NCBI GenBank assembly: GCA_951406725.2
Contig: OX597830.1
Coordinates: forward strand, 73,904,001 to 73,968,000
DNA: 64,000 nt
Reading direction: 5' to 3'
Source: Octopus vulgaris
Lineage: Eukaryota
Under the pieces are notes generated by a model, which saw only the letters and a list, made by a program, of their open reading frames with translations, was not told where the DNA came from and did no database searches. Made by a program: the position numbers and the translations under genes. Of this stretch, positions 43,688-57,778 are shown one piece after another (the first letter of the stretch is position 1; each line of letters starts with the position of its first letter).

Positions 43688-43784
43688 AGCAATCGTTTCG
43701 CCCCATCCTGCTTCTGTTCCTTACTGGTGAGATATTGTATAAGTAGTTGCGTTGCATCCACCTGTGCAGGCGGCATCTCCTCAG
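43688..43784 (-). ncRNA. Hammerhead-like motif, degenerate
   Basis: CTGAGGA...~78 nt...GAAAC-GATTGCTG. Confidence 0.55.
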
Positions 43785-43851
43785 ATGTCTCGTTTTAAAT
43801 AAGATTCTTTTCCATATACATATATACAGTATCTTATTTAAAACAAGACTC

Positions 43852-43948
43852 CTGACGAGATGGAGCCTGTAATGGTGGATGCAACACAACTAGCCGTACA
43901 ATAAATCGCCCGTAAAGAACAGATGCAGAATGGGTCGAAACGATCGTT
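43852..43948 (+). ncRNA. Hammerhead-like motif with a long domain II
   Basis: CTGACGA-GA...TC-GAAAC-GATC-GTT; palindrome AACGATCGTT. Confidence 0.68.
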
Positions 43949-44168
43949 GTGTTGAATGAAAATTCTTGCTAACTCCATTTTTCGCTTTCCTTATTCATAC
44001 ATAAACTCGATGAAAACTGCGGAATTTTTGACGTAGATCCAGTGACAATTGTATCATAATTGTGGATGACATCAGGTAGTCTAAACGGTGGAAGTGCTTT
44101 AATCGGCATACTACTCAACACATACACTAAGTCCAAATAATTATGTATATATTTATATGATATATATG

Positions 44169-44235
<67 letters not shown>

Positions 44236-44593
44236 ATTATATGTATATATGTATACACACATATATATATATAATTATATATATAGTGTTTTCATGCATG
44301 TATATATGTTAGTTTTAATACATACATACACACACGTATATTCATCTATATATTCACTTATCTATATATTTATATATATATATATATAAATAATACAAAA
44401 TAAGAAAATGGAGAAATACACCTTAATCAATAATCAACTACCAGATAATACCCATTCACATAATTTATTAACTAACTACATATGAACATCAAGGTCAAAC
44501 ATATAGTACAGAACAAAACAGTGCACATAAATGAGTAATATGATACAATAAGTACAATATGTATAAATAAATATAAATATAAATATAAACTCT

Positions 44594-44720
44594 ATCTTAC
44601 AGCTGCTTCAGCCATGTAGATATGAGTATCTCGTTATGCTCATATTAGCCAGGTGTGATAAGTTAATATGTGGTTATAAATGAGACACTTACAAATATCT
44701 CCCAAGGCCTCTTCAGAGAT
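44594..44720 (-). ncRNA. Type I hammerhead-like motif
   Basis: ATCT-CTGAAGA-GGCC...GGCT-GAAGC-AGCT-GTA-AGAT; stem I ATCT/AGAT; one core substitution (GAAA>GAAG). Confidence 0.68.
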
Positions 44721-44797
44721 TATAAAGTACAATCTAAATATGAATATCAGAGAAGGTACACCCATGGTGGATTGCACTCACAACCCCTATCTCAATT

Positions 44798-44877
<80 letters not shown>

Positions 44878-45083
44878 GAAAGGGAAAGTTTACGAAAATA
44901 AACAAAAGACGAAGGCAGGTGGAGTACAAACAAACAAATGTATTAGTATAGCGCTCAAGAATAGAAAAAGTCTTTTACGCTTCGAGCCTACGCTCTTCGA
45001 CAGAAAGATACACAGAAAAAAAAACAAGGAGAGAAGCAAGGAGAGAAAAAATTGCGTGTAGTAGCTAACGATCTATCATGGCG

Positions 45084-45084
<1 letters not shown>
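44878..45084 (-). mobile_element. Microsatellite-flanked stub with a CUGUNGA hammerhead variant (44971-45008)
   Basis: TCTTT-CTGTCGA-A-GAGC-GTAG-GCTC-GAAGC-GTA-AAAGA. Confidence 0.75.
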
Positions 45085-45117
<33 letters not shown>

Positions 45118-46246
45118 AATGTTTACGTATATATACTGACATATGTGTGCGTGTGAATATACGTATGCTCCAGACACTTGTATGAAACGGCGAGATCAAG
45201 CGGGTGAGAGGGGAAAAAGTAAACAAGATATAAAGTAAACTGTAAGAAAAGAAACTGATGGATAGATAGGTAAGAAACTTCAAAGAAGATGAATAAAAAT
45301 AAAGATGGAAGTAGTACCGTGGTGGTGGTGGTGGTGGTGTTGGTGGTGGTGGTGGTGATGGTAGTGGTAGTGGTGGTGGTGATGATGATGGGAGGTGGAG
45401 ATCCTATCTGTATAGCAAGGAAAAAAATGTCTAAAGAAAAGAAAAATATATAATAGAAAATGAATAAGAAAAAAATATATAACCATTAACCATATTAAAG
45501 AGACAGTGAGTGATAGATTAGCAATGGAAGGATTTAGAACAGACACAAAGATAGCTGCGTCGCTGAACATCTATATATAACTGCTGCAAATATATATACA
45601 TATACATACATACACACATACATACATACATACATACACACATAAATACATACATACATACATACATACAAACATACATACATACATACATACATATATT
45701 TGTGTGTATTTATGTATGTGTGTGTATGTATGGATGTATGCATATACACACACGTACGTACGTATGTGTGTTTCTATTAGTCTATATGTGTCGTTATATA
45801 TATACATCTGTATGAAAGTATGTATGTATGTCTGTATGTATGTATGTGTGTATGTGTGTGTGTGTTTGTGTGTGTATATAGGTATATATATGCATGCATG
45901 TATCTATGTGTATGGAGTGGGGAAGAGAGAGATTTAATGGAATCATTCAATGGATGGATCGACAGATGGATTCATGGTTGAATAAGCAGACTTATTTAGA
46001 TGGTTTATACATATTTAAACATATACATACACATACACATGTGTGTGTCTATGTGTGTGTGTGTGTATGTGTGTGCGTGTGTGTGTGTGTGCATGCATGT
46101 ATGTATGGCTGGGTGTATTTGTATTTGTGTGTGTGTGTGTGTGTGTGTGTCCATGTTTTAGGGAGAGTGGTGCAATAGGAGAGCTGAATAGCCAACAGTT
46201 AGAAGTGAAAGCTCTGAGAGCTGAAAGATGGAGAGATGAAGAAAGA

Positions 46247-46333
<87 letters not shown>

Positions 46334-46469
46334 GGTGGTGGTGGTGGTATTGGTGGTATTGGTGGTGGTGGTGGTGGTGGTGGTGGTGGTGGTGGTGGTG
46401 GTGGTGTAGTAGTAGTAGTGGTAGCAGTAGCAGTAGCAGTAGTAGTAGTAGTAGTAGTAGTAGTAATAC

Positions 46470-46531
<62 letters not shown>

Positions 46532-46823
46532 AACGGCATAATGTGTTATTAACTGGAATAGTTGAATAGCAGTAATGATTGATGTAGTTGATTGTAAGAG
46601 GTCCAGTAGAAATGGTCGTATTTAGTTGGTTTGTAATAACGGAGGGCAGATTGGTTGTAGGAAAATATACCAAGAAGGAAGAGCAGCATAGAAGAAACAA
46701 AGAGTGTGTGATGGCGGAAACGAGAGTATGGAATTATGAAAGAAGGAGTTGTGTGGAAGCACAATTGACGATGGAGCTGTTAACTATTAACATCCTCTAT
46801 TAAGGCTCTATCTCATTTTTTTC

Positions 46824-46917
46824 TCTCTGAAGATCGAATTGTCCTCTACGTTATGAAAATCTTATTGCCTACAGGAAATGCACTTATTGTACAACTATTC
46901 TGGAAACAGCTGTAAGA
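46824..46917 (+). ncRNA. Type I hammerhead-like motif
   Basis: TCT-CTGAAGA-TCGAAT...ATTCTG-GAAAC-AGCT-GTA-AGA. Confidence 0.68.
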
Positions 46918-47550
46918 AGCTCTCTGCACACTTTCTTACACCCTTCTTTCTAGTCTACTCTCTATGCTAACAACTGTTATGTTTAAATATATAAATTCCT
47001 ATCTCTAAACTGACTCTAATGTTTTAGCTGTTCGGTCTTTCTTCTGCACATGTAACCGCTCAATGATAAATCACATTGCTAGGCAGATACAACACCATTT
47101 GTTTTAGTCCTAGCTCATGCTGGAGTTTTTGATGACAAATCCATTTGAGCAAATATTGTATATACCTATTACATTACGTCATTAAACCTGATTTTACCTG
47201 AACTCTGCAATCTCAACTCTCTCTCTTTCTCTCTCTCTTTATAAATATATAATAGAAATTGGTTTGAAAGAGAAAAGAGACTACACGTGGTATAAATAGG
47301 GGAAAAGTAAAAAAAAAAAGAGAAAATGCACATTGGATATTAAAAAATAAAGGCTTTTTTTATGAAAAGTAACGATATATTCATAATCAGATGAACTGAG
47401 GCAGATTTAAGAGATATAAAAGTCATTATTATACCTCTTAATTCTAACTCAGTTCATCTGATTATGTATATATATATCGTTACTTTTCATAAAAAAGTTT
47501 TTATTTTTCATATGCAACGTGCTTTTTTCTCTTTTTACTTTTTACTTTTC

Positions 47551-47601
<51 letters not shown>

Positions 47602-47657
47602 GCGAGAGAGAGACAAAGAGAGAGAGAGATAAAGAGAGAGGGAGTGTGAGAGATAGG

Positions 47658-47736
<79 letters not shown>

Positions 47737-47948
47737 GGATTTATTTTCAAGCGAGTGCTGTAAAGTTCCTGGCTTTGGGGGGGAAAAAAAGATGCCGAAA
47801 GATAAATTCACACACTTATTGTAGCGGTTCTCCAGTTTCTTTAAGTCCTGTAAAAGAAGTTGGAATGTTGGACCTCCAACAAGTTCTTTCATGATATTTA
47901 GAAAAAAAAATGAACAAACATATAAATAAAACAAAGTTAAGAGCTTAG

Positions 47949-48262
47949 ATAAGACTGATAGTAATTAGGAACAGTAGGGGAGGAGAGTTTAAGTCCACCA
48001 GGAATAAAGAAATGCAATATTTTAGACTGGTCAATATTGTGTTCTGTGTGGTGTCTGTTTGCTTTGAAGTTACCTGTTCAGTTCTCACTAGCGGTATGGT
48101 GTACACACACACACACACACACATACAGAAATCAAACAAGACACACACATGCCATTCTTTTGACGTGAACACAATATTGACCATTCGAAAATATCGCATT
48201 TCTTTATTCTTGATGGGCTTAAACTCTCCTCTCCACTGTTCTCAGTTACTATTAGTCTTATA
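47949..48262. repeat. Inverted repeat, ~96-bp arms
   Basis: 47949-48045 versus 48167-48262. Confidence 0.85.
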
Positions 48263-48780
48263 ATTATCATTATTTATACATTCATATTTTCTTTCTTTCT
48301 TTCTTCTTCTTCTTCTTCTTCTTCTTCTTCTTCTTCTTCTTCTTCTTCTTCTTCTTCTTCTTCTTCTTCTTCTTCTTCTTCTTCTTCGTCACATTTGCTT
48401 TTGTAATTTTATTTTAAAAAATGATCTTTTGCTATTTAAGCAACGGCTATTTGAAGCTCAAAACTCCATATCAGAGTAACTCACTGTAAACATTATTACG
48501 AAAATTAAAATAAAAAATATTCCCCCCATAAAAGCCACCACAAATCATTTTTTCAAATATGCATAATACTGTACCAAGAACTTTCTTTTCATTATTCTAC
48601 TACATACATATATATATATTTATTATTTGAAGGAATAAAATCCAGACTTACAAGGAAAAAAATTCAATTTAGAAATACTAAATCAAAGTTCACACAATAT
48701 AATATATATATAAAAAATTAGAAAAAAAAACACCTTTTATTGTTATTTGAATTTTGAATTTTCTAGATGGTGTAATTTAA

Positions 48781-49195
48781 TTACTCTACTCTTTTACTCT
48801 TTTACTTGTTTCAGTCATTTGACTGCGGCCATGCTGGAGCACCGCCTTTAGTCGAGCAAATCGACCCCGGGACTTATTCTTTGTAAGCCCAGTACTTATT
48901 CTATCGGTCTCTTTTGCCCCGAACCGCTAAGTGACGGGGACGTAAACACACCAGCATCGGTTGTCAAGCAATGCTAGGGGGACAAACACAGACACACAAA
49001 CAAACACACACATACTTATATTTATATATACATATATACGACAGTCTTCTTTCAGTTTCCGTCTACCAAATCCACTCACAAGGCACTGGTCGGCCCGGGG
49101 CTATAGCAGAAGACACTTGCCCAAGATGCCATGCAGTGGGACTGAACCCGGAACCATGTGGTTGGTTAGCAAGCTACTTACCACACAGCCATTCC
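48781..49195 (-). mobile_element. SINE family A, full length
   Basis: Reverse complement of 12311-12734. Confidence 0.93.
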
Positions 49196-49223
49196 TTTTG
49201 AATTGATAAAAGGTTTTTTTTTC

Positions 49224-49286
<63 letters not shown>

Positions 49287-49680
49287 ATATACACATATAC
49301 ATATACATACATACATACATACATACATACATACATACATACATACATACATACATACATACATAATACATACATACATATATGCACACATTTAAACACA
49401 TATGTATGACTTCACATGGCTCAGTATCTCCACGTCTGAATATAAAGTACAAATGCTATAACGACAACGTTCTATTCTCGCAATCAGTCTGGTAGATTAA
49501 TTAAAAATCACTGCATATCTGTTCTAAATATCGTAGACAGAAAACAAAAGCCAGGAGGGAACAAAAAAACTAGCAATAATGAACATCCACCAATTTCACG
49601 AATGATATTCAATTGAAAGATATCAGAAGTCAGTGAGAAGCATTTACGGTGAAATTTGCCAAACAGTATCGGGCTGAATG

Positions 49681-49770
49681 CACGTCAGTTAGGGTGAATT
49701 GTGCGCATGCGTAGTAAAAAGACACGCCCAGAATCTGGAAACTGTCACCTGTCTCACGAGTCTCATGAGT
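49681..49770. promoter_or_regulatory. Possible regulatory motif cluster (CACGTCA, TGCGCATGCG, ACACGCCC, TCTCACGAG)
   Basis: Motif match only. Confidence 0.3.
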
Positions 49771-50045
49771 CCAGATTTTCTCAAATGAACGGTTGCTTGA
49801 AATTTTAATGCATATGTATGCATCTATGCGTAGATGAATATATATATGGAGATGTGTGTGTACGTAAAGAAAGTAATTTGAAATGGCTTAGAAACAAATG
49901 ACAGTATATATATATATATCTATATATATATCATCATCATCAGGGTAATGAAGATTTTAGAAAGTTTTACTACCTGTGGCCTAGCGTGTAGAAAAATTAG
50001 TCAATAGACTATATATTATTCATATAAATACAATGTACACTGTAT

Positions 50046-50086
<41 letters not shown>

Positions 50087-50122
50087 AAAGATTTATGGTA
50101 TGTTGTGAATAGACATTTACTA

Positions 50123-50153
<31 letters not shown>

Positions 50154-50428
50154 AAGAAGAAGAAGGAGAAGGAGAAGGAGAAGAAGAAGAAGGAGGAGAA
50201 GAAGAAGGGGAAGAAGAAGAAGTAGAAGAAGAAGAAGAAGAAGAAGAAGAAGAAGAAGAAGAAGAAGAAGAAGAAGAAGAAGAAGAAGAAGAAGAAGAAG
50301 AAGAAGAAGAAGAAGAAGAAGAAGAAGAAGAAGAAGAAGAAGAAGAAAATGAAAGAAAGAAAAGATGAATTTATAAATAATGATAATTATAAGACTAATA
50401 GTAATTGAGAACAGTGGAGAGGAGAATT
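50123..50428. repeat. Inverted copy of 48224-48387, including the (GAA)n tract
   Basis: ATAAATAATGATAATTATAAGACTAATAGTAATTGAGAACAGTGGAGAGGAGA is the reverse complement of 48225-48277 with 1 mismatch. Confidence 0.88.
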
Positions 50429-50657
50429 ACTAACGATTAATGAATATGTAAATTTAGTTAAGGAACAGTGTGCCGATGTATGCTTTCGATTCGGGAATTT
50501 AGTCGGGTACAGCTTCTCTGGGGAGCTGACAACAAAACATGAAACGGTCCAACAAGATATTATTAGTTTCTCTTTCATTACGTTAGTCGATTCTTACTTT
50601 TATAACCTATAGATTTATACAAGTAACTCTGATTCACACTACATTGTGCGAGTATGC

Positions 50658-50700
<43 letters not shown>

Positions 50701-50824
50701 CACACAGATATAAATATATGTGTTTTAAATATAAATGACTCCAAGAAGATAACACATTATAAAAATGAGTAAGAACGCCATGTCTATGTAATCCTTACGT
50801 CTTTTTAGCTTTGTTCCTATTTTC

Positions 50825-50904
50825 GGCTACTGACGAATACTTTGTGACATCTCAGATTCTTAAAATGAATTTATTGTTTTTCTGTATGAAACGATTGTAA
50901 AGCT
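50825..50904 (+). ncRNA. Type I hammerhead-like motif
   Basis: GGCTA-CTGACGA-ATAC...GTAT-GAAAC-GATT-GTA-AAGCT. Confidence 0.68.
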
Positions 50905-51503
50905 ACATGAATAAAAAAAAAATTATCATCCATATTAACATCTAATCTCCTCCATTTACGCAAAAGAAAATGTATGAATTTGTTGAAATTTGTTTTATAA
51001 GGTAAATCATATACTTAATATCCCTACACACACACAAACACACACACACACGCACACACATACACACACACATGTATAATGGTGAATGTTAGCGTTTAGA
51101 AAGGCAGGAAAATACTGAATATACAAAGAAGAATCTGAAGATATTGTGAAATAAAACTTCCGCATTTCAACTGTAACTTTGACCACTATAATATATAGAA
51201 TTATACGTACGTACATACATACACACACACATACATACATACATACATACATACATACATACACACATACATTCATCCATCCATCCATACATACATACAT
51301 ACATGTATGTATGCATGCATGTACGTATGTATGTACGTACGTACGTACGTATGTATGTATGTATGTATGTATGTATGTATGTATGTATGTATGTATGTAT
51401 GTATGGATGGATGGATGGATGGATGGATGGATGAATGGATGGATGGATGGATGGATGGATGGATGTGGCTTTCTTTCTTTTTCTTTCCTCTTTGTATATA
51501 TAT

Positions 51504-51720
51504 CAAGGCGGCGAGCTGGCAGAAATGTTAGCACGCCGGCAAAATGCTTAGCAGTATTTCGCCCGTCTGTACGTTCTGAGTTCAAATTCCGTCTAGGTCG
51601 ACTTTGCCTTTCATCCTTTCAGGGTCGATACATTACGTACCAGTTACGTACTGAGGTCGATCTAATCTAATTTCCACCCTCCCACAAAATTTCAGACCTT
51701 GTGCCTAGAGTAGAAAAGAA
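51504..51720 (+). mobile_element. SINE family D, full length
   Basis: AAGGCGGCGAGCTGGCAGAA...CTTGTGCCTAGAGTAGAAAAGAAT. Confidence 0.9.
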
Positions 51721-51757
51721 TGTACTGATGTGTATATGTGTATAATGTGCGTTTGTC

Positions 51758-51824
<67 letters not shown>

Positions 51825-51892
51825 GTATATATATGCATGTGTGTGTGAGAGCGCGTGTGTACATGCAATATTAAGCACCCTACGAACGCAAA

Positions 51893-52100
51893 TACTCTTC
51901 TACTTGTTTCAGTCATTTGACTCCGGTCATACTGGAGCGCCGCCTTTAGTCGAGCAAATCGGCCCCAGGACTTATTCTTTGGAAGCCTAGTACTTATTGT
52001 ATTGTTCCCTTTTGCCGAACCGCTAAGTTACTGGGACGTAAACACACCACCATCGGTTGTCAAGCGATGTTGGGGTGAGGAGGCAAACATTAGACACAGA
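51893..52100 (-). mobile_element. SINE family A 3' half
   Basis: Inverted relative to 52360-52560. Confidence 0.87.
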
Positions 52101-52162
52101 AACATGTACACGCACATACGTATATATAAATATATAAAAATATCGAGAAAAAGTGAGAAAAA

Positions 52163-52565
52163 CGGCGCAGGAGTGGCTGTGTGGTAAGTAGTTTGTTTAC
52201 CAACCACATGGTTCCGGGTTCAGTCCCACTGCGTGGCACCTTGGGCAAGTGTCTTCTACTATAGCCTCGGGCCGACCAAAGCCTTGTGAGTGGATTTGGT
52301 AGACGGAAACTGAAAGAAGCCTGTCGTATATATGTATATATATGTGTGTGTGTGTTTGTGTGTCTGTGTTTGTCCCCTCAGAATCGCTTGACAACCGATG
52401 CTGGTGCGTTCATGTCCCCGTCACTTAGCGGTTCGGCAAAAGAGACCGATAGAATAAGTACTGGGCTTACAAAGAATAAGTCCCGGGGTTGATTTGCTCG
52501 ACTAAAGGTGGTGCTCCAGCATGACCGCAGTCAAATGACTGAAACAAGTAAAAGAGTAAAGAGTA
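52163..52565 (+). mobile_element. SINE family A, full length
   Basis: Near-identical to 12311-12734. Confidence 0.93.
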
Positions 52566-52729
52566 CGAGGCACACACAGACACACATACATAGCTACACA
52601 CTCATGTATAGAGAGGGAGGGAGAGAGAGAGAAATGAAAATTATTTTTGTTCATTTGCGTGGTTTTTGCGCGTTTGTGTGTGTGAGACAGTGTAAATGAG
52701 AGCGCGTTGATGACAAACAGTGAAAGAGA

Positions 52730-52777
<48 letters not shown>

Positions 52778-53111
52778 CATTTGGAGGTGGGGAAAAAGAA
52801 TGATTAGATAGATTAAACTACAAAAGAATACAAACGAACAACCAAGAAACACTACATAAAGATAGAAAAGAAAATAGTCACAAACAACAGCAACAATAAC
52901 ATCAAGAATTTAAAAGATCCAAGAAAGATGATATGAAGAGAGAGAGAGAGAGAGAAATCGCGTTTGATAAAGGGTGGTCACCGTGCCGTTGCTGGTGATT
53001 GTTGTGGTTGTGGTGGTGGTGGTGGTGTTGGTGGTGGTGGTGGTGGTGGTGGTGGTGGTGGTGGTGAGGAGGCGGAGCTTTTTTGTGGCGCTTGTGGTAG
53101 TAGTGGTTGCG

Positions 53112-53685
53112 GTGATAGTGGTGGTGGTGGTAGTGGTGGTGATCGTGGTGTTGGTCGTGTTGGTGATGGTGGTAGTAGTGGTGGTGATAGTTGTGGTGAT
53201 GGTGGTGATGGTGGTGGTGATGTTTGTGGTGGTGGTGGTGGTGGTGGTGGTGGTGGTGGTGGTGGTGGTGGTGGTGGGTCGTGTTGGTGAAGGTGGTAGT
53301 AGTGGTGGTGGTGATAGTTGTGGTGATGGTGGTGATGGTGGTGGTGATGTTTGTGGTGGTGGTGGTGGTGGTGGTGGTGGAGGTGGTGGTGGTGGTGATC
53401 GTGGTGTTGGTCGTGTTGGTGAAGGTGGTAGTAGTGGTGGTGGTGATAGTTGTGGTGATGGTGGTGATGGTGGTGGTGATGTTTGTGGTGGTGGTGGTGG
53501 TGGTGGTGGAGGTGGTGGTGGTGGTGATCGTGGTGTTGGTCGTGTTGGTGATGGTGGTAGTAGTGGTGGTGATAGTTGTGGTGATGGTGGTGGTAGTGTT
53601 TGTTTGTGGTGGTGGTGGTGGTGGTGATCGTGGTGTTGGTCGTGTTGGTGAAGGTGGTAGTAGTGGTGGTGGTGATAGTTGTGGG
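53112..53685. repeat. ~125-bp GGT-rich minisatellite (about 5 units) within a 2-kb GGT-rich region
   Basis: The unit GATCGTGGTGTTGGTCGTGTTGGTGA(A/T)GGTGGTAGTAGT...GATAGTTGTGG is repeated. Confidence 0.9.
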
Positions 53686-53907
53686 AGGTGGTGCAATTTT
53701 TTGTCTTTTGTTTTGTGATATTGTTGGTGCTTTTGGTAATGGTGGATGCGGTGGTGGTGGTGATGTTGGTGATGGTTGGTAATGGTGGATGCGTGGTGGT
53801 GGTGGTGATTTTGGTGATAATGGTAGTGCTTATGGTGGTGGTGGTGGTGGTGGTGGTGGTGATGTCGATTGTGATAACGATTGTGGTAGTGATGGTGGTG
53901 GTTGTGG

Positions 53908-53962
<55 letters not shown>

Positions 53963-55221
53963 GTTGGTGGTGGTGGTTGTAAAGTTGAGAAAGTGGTAAT
54001 AGCTGTGTGATGGTGGTTATGAGGAGGTCAATGGTAGTGGTAGTGATGGTAATAGTGGAATTTATGGTCATGGAAATGTGGTGTAGGTGGTAGTGTTGGT
54101 GGTTTATTAACAAGTAAATGCTACGGTGTAGTTGTAGTTGAATTTGTGGTGGAGATGGTGTTGAGGCAGTGTAATGATGATGATGATGATGATGATGGTT
54201 GTTGCTGGAGCAGTTACGGTTGTAGTAGAGGTAGAGAAGGGTGTTGGCCACATGTTGATCATCGTATAGGTGGTAGTATAAATGGTGACGGTAACGATGG
54301 TTATACTTTAGTGGTGAGGCTATTTGTATTACTTGTGGTGATGGTAGTGTTATAGTGGTTGCGGTGGTAGTACTAGTGGTTTTGGTGTATCAGGATACTA
54401 ATGGTTGCCGTTGTGGTTGTGGTGATAGAAGTGATGGTAGTGGTGGCCCTTGTGTTGTTGTGGTGGTTGCAGTAGTTGTTGGTGGAGGTGGTAGTAGGGT
54501 GGTTGTACAGGTGGTAGTAGTAATAGTAGTAGTAGTGGTGACGGTGGTGGTGGTGGTGGTGGTGATGGCAGTGGCGGTGGTGGTAGAGATGGTAGAGTAG
54601 TAGTGGTGAAGTGGTGGTGGTGGTGATGGTGGTGGTGGAAGTAGTAGTAGTAGTAGTACTGGTCGTGCTGCTGCTACTGTTTTTGTTCGTAGTGATCACC
54701 GTATTGTTGTTGTTTCTGTCACTGTTATTATTGTTGTTGTTGTTGGTGGTGGTGGTGGGGGTGGGGGGGGGTAATAATTATAATGATCGTGTAGTTACTG
54801 TTGTCATTGTTGCTGTTGCTTGTGGTTCGATCTATAGTGGCATAGTGATGATTATGATGATGATAGTAGTGGAGATGATGGTGGCGGCGGCGCCGGAGGT
54901 GGTGGTGGTGGTGGTGGTGGTGGTGGTGGTGGTGGTGGTGGTGGTGGTGGTTGTGGTGGTGATGGTGTTAAGGATGGTGTAGCTTCTTGGCGGTATAAGT
55001 TGTATTGCTGGTTATAGTAATGATGATAATAGTGGTGGTGGTTGGTGGTGAAAGTGGTACGAGTGGCGTGGTGCTGTGTTGATACTAATGGTGGTGGTGG
55101 TGGTGTTGGTGGTGGTGACGATGGTGATGATGACGGTGGTGGAGGTGGTGGTGGGTGAGGGTGTCAGAGTTGATAAATTTTGCCCACGATTCAAATATAA
55201 ATAAATATTCTTCTATTCTTA

Positions 55222-55714
<493 letters not shown>

Positions 55715-55720
55715 CATATA

Positions 55721-55753
<33 letters not shown>

Positions 55754-55796
55754 ATACATAGATACATACATACATACATATATGCATATACATATA

Positions 55797-55967
<171 letters not shown>

Positions 55968-56201
55968 CAAAATGAAAAACAAAAACACAATGAAACAACA
56001 GCTACCGTTCATTGAACATAATAGAGTAACAGTTACAACGAACTGCGAAACTACATCACACCGTGGTTGCAAAAGCTGCTGGAGGAGGAGAAGGAGAAGG
56101 AGGCGGCGGAGGAGGAGGAGGAGGAGGTGGCGGAGTAGGAGGAGGGAAGAGAAGAAGAAAGAGGAGGAGAATGACAATGAGGAGGAGGAGATAGGAAACG
56201 A

Positions 56202-56232
<31 letters not shown>

Positions 56233-56504
56233 GTGATGCCGTTGGTGGTGATGACGACGGTGGTGGTGGTTTGTGGCGCTGGTGTTGCTTTTGTTTTGTT
56301 TTGTTTTATCTCGTTTTTGTTTTGCATGGTTTTTTTTTTTTGGTGGTTTCTAGGCTGTACTGAGTCTGAGCTTGTTATTATCATCGCAAACGCATCATCC
56401 ACGACGCATCGTACATTCATTCTCTTTACTCAGGGATAACTGACAGACAGACAACACCGACCCCCAGACAACTACATCGCATACATACATACATATATAC
56501 ATGC

Positions 56505-56579
<75 letters not shown>

Positions 56580-56769
56580 CACATACACACAAACACACAC
56601 ACCTATACCTATATATCTGAACAGTAATTTATTTGTTCATTCAGTTATTTATTTGTACACACGACTTCAGGTAGGTTTTGATTTTGTTATATTGGATTTT
56701 TTTTTCCAATTATTGAACTATTGATTTAGCCTTACTATTGTTGTTGTTGTTGTATATTTATTATCATCA

Positions 56770-56825
<56 letters not shown>

Positions 56826-57176
56826 GCTATATTTGTCAATAGATCGGAAATTACTATATAGGACGAGACGCGTAGATGAAAATCATGGTTTTATATGATC
56901 GTACTCATGCCGGCATGTACAGATACATACACAAACAAACACACACGCACTTTTATGTATGTACATGTATATGTATATATATATAGAATAAAACTTTATA
57001 TATAAAGAACGTGAAATACACGAAGTGACGAACACGGAAATATATATATTGGAGTGTATGTATATATATATATATATATATATACAGCCAGACGCAGATA
57101 AATTCACACACATACATGTATACATACATACGTGCATACGTACACTCATACATACATAGATACAAACATGAATACA

Positions 57177-57210
<34 letters not shown>

Positions 57211-57321
57211 CACGCGCATACGTACAAAGATACAAACCCGCATCCATCCATCCATCCATGCATACATCCATCCATACATACATATATACATAAATAAATA
57301 AATAAATAAATAAATAAAATA

Positions 57322-57778
57322 TCTTCTATTTGTTTCAGTCATTAGACTGCGGTCATGCTGGGGCACCGCCTTGAACAATATTTAGTCGAATTAACTCACC
57401 CCCAGTACTTGTTTTTATTTTAATCCTGGTATTCGTATCCTACTCTTATACCGAACCGCTAAGATAGGGCGACGTAAACACACCGATATCGGTTGTCAAG
57501 CGGTGTGGAGGGGGACAAACACAGATGCAAACACGCACACACACACACACACACACACATACACACACACATTCGTGCACACGCACATGCGCGCACACAC
57601 ACACACATACATACTTATATACAATGGGCTTCTTTTAGTTTCCGTCTACCAAATCGACTCATAAGGCTATATTCCGCCGGAGGCAAATAGCAGAAAACAC
57701 TTGCCTAAACAGCCACGCAGTGAAACTGAACCCGGGACCATGTGGTTGGTAAGGAAGCTTCTTACCACACAGCCACGC
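57322..57778 (-). mobile_element. SINE family A, older copy
   Basis: Homology to family A. Confidence 0.83.

Larger units (their letters stand above)
43640..43996. mobile_element. Diverged head-to-head inverted pair of HHR-bearing Penelope-like repeats
   Basis: Arms ~43640-43805 and ~43831-43996. Confidence 0.8.

Noticed and set aside
53112-53685. CRISPR-like array
   Set aside because: Eukaryotic context, no unique spacers and no cas genes.
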